Part shown: positions 38,342 through 46,233 of the stretch, one piece after another
Layout: every line of letters begins with the position of its first letter
How positions within the stretch are numbered: the stretch's first letter is position 1
From: Nautiliaceae bacterium
GTDB lineage: Bacteria; Campylobacterota; Campylobacteria; Campylobacterales; Nautiliaceae
Reading direction: 5' to 3'
DNA: 64,000 bases
Assembly: GCA_027011225.1 (NCBI GenBank)
Contig: JALVAK010000008.1
Coordinates: forward strand, 18,312-82,311
Program-made: the position numbers and the translations under genes
The notes under the pieces: generated by a model
The model's input: only the letters and a program-made list of their open reading frames with translations
What the model was told of the DNA's origin: nothing
Databases searched by the model: none

Positions 38342-41300
38342 AGTTTCTCCATATCTAAGCTACATTCGTAGCTTCTATAATTACTTGCAGTTTTAATAGG
38401 AGAAGTATTGCTATATTCGCATTTAGCATTAAATTCAAAATTTTTAATATTTTTATTTGCATTTATGCCTAGTTTATATAAAAAAGATTTATCCCATATG
38501 CTATAACCTATAGCGCCTTTTAGCATTAAGCTTATTAATTTATTATCCGGATAAAATTTTATTCCTATTAAATTAGCATCTGTTTTATCAGGAGAGTAAT
38601 AACATTTTGTTTGTTTTGTATTGAATTGATACCATCCAGAAAAATATATAGCGTATGGATTATTATAAAAGTAATTGCTATAAAAATCATAATCAATTTG
38701 AGGAGTTATTGCTATATTGCTATCATCTATATACTCTCCTGCAATTGAATACCATAATCCTTTAATTTTGTCTAATTGTATAAATCTGCTAGCTTCTAAT
38801 TTAGCCCTTTTATGATTTAAAGAGCATATAGTTTTTCTTGAATACACTAAATTTTCATAATTTATATTTATAGTATGATTTAAATATTTAGTTTTAAAAT
38901 CTACATAAGGATTGATTGTTTTTCCTGCATTATCTCTTCCTAAAATTATTTGAAATTTAGGAGTTTGATAAACTGCACCTATTATATTGCCTTTATCTTT
39001 TTTATTGTTATCATTTAATTTGTATATTCGAGAAAAAACGCCTATATAATTATCGTTAATATTTTTTAAAAGGCTTCCTTCGATATGGTTATAGTGTATT
39101 TTTTGATTGTCGTGAAAATGATAAAGAGATAAATTAAATTTATAAGAAGGGTTTTTGTTTATTGAGTTTATTGTTGTATTGTTTTGCTCTATGTAAGTTT
39201 TTTTTAGTTGGATTAAATCCAAGTTTTTTTGTATTTTAGTTAAGTTACTTTCTCTTTTTATATTTTTTTCTGCAAGTATTATTTTGTTATTTTTTTGATT
39301 AATGGCATCTTTTAAAGGAATAAAATCTTCTTTTTTATTTATTTGGCTTAAATTTTGTTTTATTAAAAATATTAGTGATTTTTCTGGGTTGTTTGGATTA
39401 TATTCTCCCGGATACCATTTTTCTTTTATGATTTTGCATTTTTCATTATCACATTTTATCCATAAAATTTTATAACCTTTATCTTTTTTAACAGTAGATG
39501 CATATACTTGATAAAACTTAACTTTGTATATATTTCCTTTTTTTTCTAATAAAATTGGGTCATAAATACCTACACTAATAAATCCTGCTTTTTTGAAGAT
39601 ATTTTGTTTTTTTAATCTCCAATATAAATTATCTCTTATTTTTTTATCATAAAATGATGCATATTTATCAAAATCCATACTCTCCCATGCTTTTTTCCAT
39701 TCGTTTAAGAAGTGTTTTATTTTTTCAGGAAGTGGTTTTGGAACTTCTTTTAATAGTTTTTCATAAATTTTTTTTGCTTCTTTTATTTTTCCTGATTTTT
39801 GAAGACAGTATGCATAATGATATTCTAAAATAGGGTCTTTTTTCTCCCATAATAAATTATAAAATTCACCGGCTGCTTGTTTGTATTTTCCATCAAATTC
39901 TAATGCATATGCATATTTTTCTCTTACTTTGCTATCTGTTGGTTTAATGAATAAATATTCTTTATAATATTCAATCGCTGTTGGATAAAATCCTGCAAAA
40001 TAGCTTCTATCTCCGTACACTAAGAGTTTTTGAGCTTTATTATTAAAATATTTTTCTATAACTGATTGATTTTCTGAATAGATAAATCTTGGATTTACTT
40101 TTAGTATTTTTGCTTTTAATTCAATGGCAGGTTTAAATTTTGGATATTTATTTAAGATTTTATTTAAAATATCTAATGCTTCTTTGTTAAATCCATTCCA
40201 ATAATATCTTTTTGCAAGCTCTAAATAAGCCTCAGGCGTGTTTTTTATAGCAGCATAATATTCCCAATATGAAAATCCTTTATAAAATTCTTTTAATTGA
40301 AGATAAATATCTCCTAAAGTTTTGTATAGCTCTATTTTATCAGGGTTATTTTTCAAATAAATTTCATAATATTTTGCTGCTTTAGCGTAATTTTTATCTG
40401 CATAATATAAGTCTGCTAGTTTTAACACATACTCCATATTGTTAGGATTATCTTTTACTAAAGAGAGATATTTTCTAATTAATGGTTTGATATTACCATT
40501 TAATATCATTAAAGCTTCTTTTACTTCATTATCATTAGGGTTTATTTTGTGAAGTTTTTTAAATATTTTTTTTGCTTCTTTTTTATGCCCTTGCCACATA
40601 TGAATAAAACCTATCATTTTTAAGGCTTCATATTTTTGTTTTTCATTTCCATTTTCATAAACATCACTTAAGAATATTAAAGCTTTTTTATAAAGCCCAT
40701 TCCATGCAAGGATTTTTCCATATAAGAGTTTAGCTTGATAATTATTAGAATTGATATACTTATCAAGTATTTGACTTGCTTTAGCTGTCTCTCCATTCCA
40801 TGTATAAAGTTTTGCTAAAAATATATTAGCTTGCATATCATCTGGGTGGGAATTAACATAATCTTGAGCAATTTTTATTGCTTCTTGAGGATTTAAGTCA
40901 TATAAAGCGATAACTAGCTTTTTGAGATTATCAAAATTAGGATTATTTTGGTAATTTTCTTTTAATAAATTTATATATTTGTAAATTTGTTTGTTAATTA
41001 GTTTTAGATAATGGTTATATTCTTTTTTTGATAATTTATATTTTAGCGAATAAAGTATTTTTTTAGCACTTAATGCATCACCTAATTGTATATAAGTTTG
41101 AATAAGTTTTATTCCATATTCTTTATTTCCTGTAGCATTGTATAATATCTTAAATAGTCTATTGGCTTTTATTATATTGCCTTTGTAGAAATAATCATAT
41201 GCTTTTATCTCTAAAACATCTAAATCTTTTGAGTTTAAGTTGCTTAATAATTTTAATGATAAGTCATATTTTCCTTCCCACATAGCTACTCTTGCTACTT

Positions 41301-41703
41301 TTATCAAAGTAGAAGGTTTTAAAATAGGATGATATTTTGTATAAAAGTCAATTATTTCTTTATATTTTTGCTCTTTGTATAATTTATTTATATAATTATC
41401 AATATCTCCATATTGCTCTTCTAATTGTTTATTTATCAAAAATTTATTTAATCTCTCTTTTAAAAGAAGCGCTTTTTTGTTTTTTGGCTCAATTTTTAAA
41501 ACTTCATTAATTAATTGTTGAGCTTTTGAGTAGTTTTTATTATCTAAATAATACTTTGCTAATACTAATCGATTTTTTATATCTAGTTTATTTTGTTGTA
41601 TTTTTTGTGTTAGCTCTTTTACATCTAAATCGATTGAAGAAGCAAATGATATAGCTATTAATGTAGGAAATAGTATAATTTTTTTTAGCATTTTCCATCC
41701 CAT
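38335..41703 (-). CDS. Outer-membrane exopolysaccharide export protein: TPR array + NTF2-like insert + C-terminal beta-barrel (PgaA/BcsC/PelB architecture)
   Basis: Signal peptide and about 650 aa of TPR-like repeats. WKKAWESMDFDKYASFYD...KVKFYQVYAS module. Last about 300 aa have alternating hydrophobic strands ending in an aromatic residue (...MEKLW). Confidence 0.62.
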   Translation of the reverse strand: MGWKMLKKIILFPTLIAISFASSIDLDVKELTQKIQQNKLDIKNRLVLAKYYLDNKNYSKAQQLINEVLKIEPKNKKALLLKERLNKFLINKQLEEQYGDIDNYINKLYKEQKYKEIIDFYTKYHPILKPSTLIKVARVAMWEGKYDLSLKLLSNLNSKDLDVLEIKAYDYFYKGNIIKANRLFKILYNATGNKEYGIKLIQTYIQLGDALSAKKILYSLKYKLSKKEYNHYLKLINKQIYKYINLLKENYQNNPNFDNLKKLVIALYDLNPQEAIKIAQDYVNSHPDDMQANIFLAKLYTWNGETAKASQILDKYINSNNYQAKLLYGKILAWNGLYKKALIFLSDVYENGNEKQKYEALKMIGFIHMWQGHKKEAKKIFKKLHKINPNDNEVKEALMILNGNIKPLIRKYLSLVKDNPNNMEYVLKLADLYYADKNYAKAAKYYEIYLKNNPDKIELYKTLGDIYLQLKEFYKGFSYWEYYAAIKNTPEAYLELAKRYYWNGFNKEALDILNKILNKYPKFKPAIELKAKILKVNPRFIYSENQSVIEKYFNNKAQKLLVYGDRSYFAGFYPTAIEYYKEYLFIKPTDSKVREKYAYALEFDGKYKQAAGEFYNLLWEKKDPILEYHYAYCLQKSGKIKEAKKIYEKLLKEVPKPLPEKIKHFLNEWKKAWESMDFDKYASFYDKKIRDNLYWRLKKQNIFKKAGFISVGIYDPILLEKKGNIYKVKFYQVYASTVKKDKGYKILWIKCDNEKCKIIKEKWYPGEYNPNNPEKSLIFLIKQNLSQINKKEDFIPLKDAINQKNNKIILAEKNIKRESNLTKIQKNLDLIQLKKTYIEQNNTTINSINKNPSYKFNLSLYHFHDNQKIHYNHIEGSLLKNINDNYIGVFSRIYKLNDNNKKDKGNIIGAVYQTPKFQIILGRDNAGKTINPYVDFKTKYLNHTININYENLVYSRKTICSLNHKRAKLEASRFIQLDKIKGLWYSIAGEYIDDSNIAITPQIDYDFYSNYFYNNPYAIYFSGWYQFNTKQTKCYYSPDKTDANLIGIKFYPDNKLISLMLKGAIGYSIWDKSFLYKLGINANKNIKNFEFNAKCEYSNTSPIKTASNYRSYECSLDMEKLW

Positions 41704-43034
41704 TCGATTACTTCTGTTAGTTTATACTCTGAGAGCTGTAATTTTTTTTCTAATCTTTTTTTAAACATCTCTTTTGTTACATCTATTAAGCATAATGATA
41801 ACATATTTGATTTTTCATCAATATATATAATATCATGATTTCTTAAACGTTTTATTATCTCTTTGTTGAATTTGTTAGTTTTGACGATTGAGAAATATAT
41901 TCTTTCATTAAATAGTATTGAGATAGATTTGCAAAAGTTTTCATAACTTGGAGCAAATTTTTGAGGAGGCAGAAGTTTTATTTTTGTTGAATAAAAGAAA
42001 TTGTTTGTTAATTTTTCTATAGTTAAAATATACTCTTCTAAATTAAAGTTTTTATCAAATACTTCATAGCATCTTGATTGGGTTGCATCTATTTTATCTT
42101 CTGCTCTTATATAATCTTTATTTGCAATAAATATAACTTCACTATTAGGTGAAGTTTGTTTTACAAGAGAGCATATGTTAAAGTGAGGATTAGTATCAAT
42201 ATCTTTATATATTACAACATCTGGATTATGCTCTAATTTGTTTATTAATTCATTTAAGTTAGAAGCAAATTCAATTTCAAAATATTCTCCAAAAATATAT
42301 TTATTTAAAAGTTTAAATCTTTTATCTTCTGTTATAACTAATATTTTTCTTTTTATTTTATTATTATTGCGATTTGTATCGTTGCAATTATTTATACTCT
42401 CTTGTGAATTTTGAGTTGCTGGAATTAGCATAAGTTGTTTATTGTAGATAAAAAAGTAAGAAGTATGTGTTACAGGATATAAAGAGTGTTTTACATTAAT
42501 TTTACGTTTGTTATTGTCTTTTTGCATTAAAAGAGATATGTCTGTATAGTTTTCTAAAAAGCTGGTAATAAAATGTTTTACATTAGATGTAATAAATACT
42601 TGTTTACCGTGTTTTGTTACAGCAATTTCAATAAATTTTTCTAGAAAAATTCTTGCTAAGTCATATTCACCTTCTACAAACATTAATCCTGGTCTATGAA
42701 GTATTACAGCATCACAATTTGTCTCTTGTATGATTCTGTCTATATCTTCATAAATAAAATCAAATCCATAAGCAGATTTGATATCTATCCAGTCTTCTTT
42801 TAAACAAAGTAACTCTGAATTGTCTATTAATCTATTTATATTTGGGTCGTTTAAATTTTTGATTGCACTTAATCTTTTAATCATTAATTTTTTAGGAATA
42901 GATGAGATTATAGTTATTTTTTCGATTTTTTCGTTTTGTGCGTATGCGTATAGTGCAAATGTAAGCTTTCCTAATTTACTATCTCCTTCAATTAAGGAAA
43001 CATCTGCTTTTTTTATTATATCAATGAGTTCCAT
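41685..43034 (-). CDS. Three-domain regulator: degenerate P-loop (RecA/KaiC-like) + REC-like + degenerate GGDEF-like with RxxD
   Basis: GDSKLGKL (Walker-A-like with no S/T). ILVITED...DVVIYKDID...VIFIANKD...FDKNF (receiver-like). LLPPQKF...RNHDIIYIDEKSNMLSLCL (GGDEF fold, motif lost). Good RBS AAGGGGA. 14-nt overlap with the HK gene. Confidence 0.5.
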   Translation of the reverse strand: MELIDIIKKADVSLIEGDSKLGKLTFALYAYAQNEKIEKITIISSIPKKLMIKRLSAIKNLNDPNINRLIDNSELLCLKEDWIDIKSAYGFDFIYEDIDRIIQETNCDAVILHRPGLMFVEGEYDLARIFLEKFIEIAVTKHGKQVFITSNVKHFITSFLENYTDISLLMQKDNNKRKINVKHSLYPVTHTSYFFIYNKQLMLIPATQNSQESINNCNDTNRNNNKIKRKILVITEDKRFKLLNKYIFGEYFEIEFASNLNELINKLEHNPDVVIYKDIDTNPHFNICSLVKQTSPNSEVIFIANKDYIRAEDKIDATQSRCYEVFDKNFNLEEYILTIEKLTNNFFYSTKIKLLPPQKFAPSYENFCKSISILFNERIYFSIVKTNKFNKEIIKRLRNHDIIYIDEKSNMLSLCLIDVTKEMFKKRLEKKLQLSEYKLTEVIEWDGKC

Positions 43035-44826
43035 TTATAATCCCCTTTTTTAATTCTGTAGGTAGTGATAATAATCTTAAAGCTTCTTTATTATTAGGGT
43101 CTTTTTCTAATATTTGGTATAAATATTTATTTGCTAATTTATAATTTTTTAGTTTATAATAAGCTTTTGCAAGAAGTAATTTTTCTTGAGTGTTTTTTGG
43201 CGGTTTTAATATATTAATTACTTCTTTATATTTGTGATTTGCAAAAAATATTTTAGCTTTTAATAAATTATCACTACCTCCTATCCTTTCTCCTTTTTTT
43301 AAGTAATATAGCGCTTTTTTGTAATTTTTTAATTCGGTGAGTATTTTACCATATAAATAGTAAGGTTTGGAAGATGTATCGTTTATTGTATTTATACTTT
43401 TGTTTATATAAAATAAAGCTTGTTTTATTTTATGTTGTTTATAATATGATAGAGCTTTATAATAGTTATTTAGTGATATGAATTTTTTAATTGTAGGCAA
43501 TGAATAAAGCTCATTATGTCTAGCTTTTATATTTATATACCATTCTCCATCAGGAAGAGAAGGTGAAATTTGATTTTTAGATATTAAATATGAATATATA
43601 GGAGGGTTTGAGAAATTTTTATCTTTTGAAATTAAAATTTTAAATTCTTTATATGGGCTTTTCCATGAAATAGTTAATTTAGGCTCTGTTTGTATTTTTA
43701 TATCTGATACTTTTTTAGGAAGAGGCAATTTTTGTATAGTTTTTGCAACAATTAAACCTTCATTTTTAGCAACCACTATATTTTTGCTTTTAATCTCCCC
43801 ATTAAATACACTAACTGCAGTTTTGTTTTTTGCTATAGTTTCAAATTGTGTTCCTAAGTTTGTAAAAGTAGTATTAGGAGTTATAATTTTTATTTTATTA
43901 CCATTTGTAGCAACTTCTATATCAGATTTTTTTGCAATAATTTCATTTCTTGTACGAGTATTAAAGATATTTTTATATGCAATTATTTTCAATTCATCAT
44001 TTCTATTTGCTCTTGCTATTATTCCGCTTTCAAATTTAATAATTTTTAGATTATCAGTAACTTCTATTTTTATTTTTTGAGGAATTAGACAATAAAAATA
44101 ATCTATTACAAAAAATGCAATAATTAATACAGCAGCAAATGCGCTTGCTAATATTTTTAATTTTATTTTTTTACTAACTTTTGGAAGATATATATAAAAT
44201 ATTGTCCCTACATTCTCTTCTGATTCAAAATATATTTTGCCTCCAAAACTCTCTATTACAATTTTTGCAAAATTAAGCCCAATTCCTGTTCCGTAAATAT
44301 TGTCTTTTGTATAGTATTTGCTAAAAATTTTCTCTTTTTCTTTTATTCCAATTCCAGTATCTCTTATGATTAAAAGATAGCCTCTTTTTAATATTTCAAC
44401 TTTAATAATTAAAGAGCCATTTTCTTTGTTGTATTTTATAGCGTTGTGAATTACATTTAATAAAGCTTTTTTTAGCCATTCTCTATTTGTTTTTATTTTT
44501 AATTTTTTATCTGGAAGTTGCAAATCTACTTTAATGTTTTTTATTGTTATTTCATTATCAAGCTCTTGTATTATTTCATAAATTAGTTCATCTAAAAAAA
44601 AAGAGGAGTGTTTTAAAAATCTTGTGTTTTGATATTGCTCTAAGTTAAAATATTCATTTATTAAATCTAAACTATCTTCTATATTTCTTTGAATTTTAGG
44701 GAGTAATTCGTTTAGTTTAAATGGTTTTTGTTTTAGAATAGTTAAACTTAGCTTAACTCCTAATAACTTATTTTTTAAATCATGAAGAAAAATTTTAGCT
44801 AAATTTGTTACATTTTTTTTGAAAAT
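43021..44826 (-). CDS. Histidine kinase with inverted topology: N-terminal DHp+CA core, one TM helix, C-terminal FecR-like + TPR domain
   Basis: The in-frame ORF is open from 44838. H-box IFLHDLKNKLLGV has its His codon at 44782-44784. N-box LLNVIHNAIKYN, G1 RDTGIGI, G2 GTGIGLNFA. TM ILASAFAAVLIIAFFVIDYFYCLI. FecR-like IITPNTTFTNLGTQFETI...VSVFNGEI. TPRs at the C-terminus. The 5' end is uncertain, with no ATG/GTG/TTG upstream of TTG 44523; ATT 44826 is taken provisionally. Confidence 0.65.
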   Translation of the reverse strand: MFKKNVTNLAKIFLHDLKNKLLGVKLSLTILKQKPFKLNELLPKIQRNIEDSLDLINEYFNLEQYQNTRFLKHSSFFLDELIYEIIQELDNEITIKNIKVDLQLPDKKLKIKTNREWLKKALLNVIHNAIKYNKENGSLIIKVEILKRGYLLIIRDTGIGIKEKEKIFSKYYTKDNIYGTGIGLNFAKIVIESFGGKIYFESEENVGTIFYIYLPKVSKKIKLKILASAFAAVLIIAFFVIDYFYCLIPQKIKIEVTDNLKIIKFESGIIARANRNDELKIIAYKNIFNTRTRNEIIAKKSDIEVATNGNKIKIITPNTTFTNLGTQFETIAKNKTAVSVFNGEIKSKNIVVAKNEGLIVAKTIQKLPLPKKVSDIKIQTEPKLTISWKSPYKEFKILISKDKNFSNPPIYSYLISKNQISPSLPDGEWYINIKARHNELYSLPTIKKFISLNNYYKALSYYKQHKIKQALFYINKSINTINDTSSKPYYLYGKILTELKNYKKALYYLKKGERIGGSDNLLKAKIFFANHKYKEVINILKPPKNTQEKLLLAKAYYKLKNYKLANKYLYQILEKDPNNKEALRLLSLPTELKKGIINGTH

Positions 44827-44880
44827 CGCCTCCCCTTTTTATAAAAATCTAGACGAATATTTTAATCTATAAAAATGACA

Positions 44881-45510
44881 TTAAGATGACGTAAGTTTAT
44901 ATCCTAAATATCTTTTTGATTCAATTAAATCTTTTCCTATTTTTTTTCTAAGTCTCTTTACAAGAGCTGCAAGTGTATTTGGTAAGATTGGCTCATTCCA
45001 GACTTTATTTTCTATCTCTTTAAAAGATACATATGAGTCTTTTTTTTCAATTAGTAATTCCAAAAATTTAGCTTCTTTTGCGCTTAATTCAATCGTTTTT
45101 CCATCTACAATTAAAGATTTTTGTGCAGGAGAGTAATAAATATTATCGCTTAATTTTATATTTCTTTTTTTGGTAAATCTGTTGATTCTAATTAATAATT
45201 CTTCAAATTCAAATGGTTTTTTTAAAAAATCTACAGCTCCAAGCTCAAACGATTTTTTTATATTTTCAATATGTCCCATTCCAGAAATTACTATTAGTAA
45301 TGAGTTTTCTATTAATTTTGGACGTTTGCTAATTTCGTTTAATAAGTTCCCATCTGGTAGATTTATATCTCCAATTATTACATCAAAATGAGTATCATTT
45401 GTTAAAAATTCTTTAATAGATTTGAAGCTTTTTACTTCATATTCGGTTGATAATAGCTCAGTTAATGTATCTCTTATTAAGTTTTCATCTTCAATGATAG
45501 CAATTTTCAA
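44881..45510 (-). CDS. OmpR-family response regulator (REC + winged helix)
   Basis: MKIAIIEDE, VIIGDINLPDG (phospho-Asp) and KKPFEFEEL. C-terminal trans_reg_C-like LSAKEAKFLELL...YLGYKL. Confidence 0.9.
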   Translation of the reverse strand: MKIAIIEDENLIRDTLTELLSTEYEVKSFKSIKEFLTNDTHFDVIIGDINLPDGNLLNEISKRPKLIENSLLIVISGMGHIENIKKSFELGAVDFLKKPFEFEELLIRINRFTKKRNIKLSDNIYYSPAQKSLIVDGKTIELSAKEAKFLELLIEKKDSYVSFKEIENKVWNEPILPNTLAALVKRLRKKIGKDLIESKRYLGYKLTSS

Positions 45511-45531
45511 ATACGTCCTTTTTAATGTAAA

Positions 45532-46191
45532 TTATAATAAAATTTTACTAGAGATGGCACATGCTGCGCTTTCACTTCTTAGTATAAAACCTTTTAATTT
45601 TACTTTATTTTTAAAAAATTTTCTTTCTCTTTTGCTAAATCCTCCTTCTGCTCCTATTAAAAATGGCATATTATACTCTTTTTGGCATTGTATCTCTTCC
45701 CCATCAAAATCAACTGCTATAAAATCCTTATATTTTTCAAAAAATTCTTCTGAAGAGTTTATTATTTCTATTTGCATTAAATCGCTTCTGCCACATTGTT
45801 GGTTTGAATTGATTAAAATTTTTTTTATTCTATCAAGTTTTAGCTTGAAATTTTTTTGAGAAAAATCGCAATAAATAAAACTTATCTTACTAACTCCTAT
45901 CTCATTTAGAGTAGGTAGAGTTTTTTCTATGTTTTTTGGCTCAATTATACACCATCCAAGATGAAAAAATTTTTCAGGTTTATTTGGTTTTAGCTCTTTT
46001 TTATCTAAAGTTAAAATAGCTTCTTTTTTGTTAATAGATTGAATTTTGTAATAATACAAATAATCATCTTTTAAGTTTCTAATTTTTACTATTTCATCTT
46101 TTTTAACTCTTCTTACTTTAAAAAGATATTTATGCTCTTCTCCTGTTAAAGTAATAGTAGTATTTGTATCAGGATAATATAAAAACTGCAT
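45532..46191 (-). CDS. rsmE: 16S rRNA (uracil1498-N3)-methyltransferase RsmE
   Basis: EEHKYLFKVRRVK N-terminal PUA-like part and the C-terminal GAEGGFSKRE SPOUT motif. Confidence 0.85.
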   Translation of the reverse strand: MQFLYYPDTNTTITLTGEEHKYLFKVRRVKKDEIVKIRNLKDDYLYYYKIQSINKKEAILTLDKKELKPNKPEKFFHLGWCIIEPKNIEKTLPTLNEIGVSKISFIYCDFSQKNFKLKLDRIKKILINSNQQCGRSDLMQIEIINSSEEFFEKYKDFIAVDFDGEEIQCQKEYNMPFLIGAEGGFSKRERKFFKNKVKLKGFILRSESAACAISSKILL

Positions 46192-46233
46192 TTTTTACCT
46201 TTTTTTGATAAAATTATATAAAAAGGAGAGTGA

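Noticed and set aside
44811-44820. A8 run upstream of the kinase H-box as a slippage switch that could restore an ATG start
   Set aside because: The only nearby ATG lies downstream of the run and is followed immediately by TAA, so no change in run length can put it in frame with the kinase.
44839-44883. Possible read-through fusion of the response regulator and the kinase, which share a reading frame
   Set aside because: Two in-frame TAA stops (44883-44881 and 44841-44839) separate them. Sharing a frame has a 1-in-3 chance expectation, and no recoding signal is visible.
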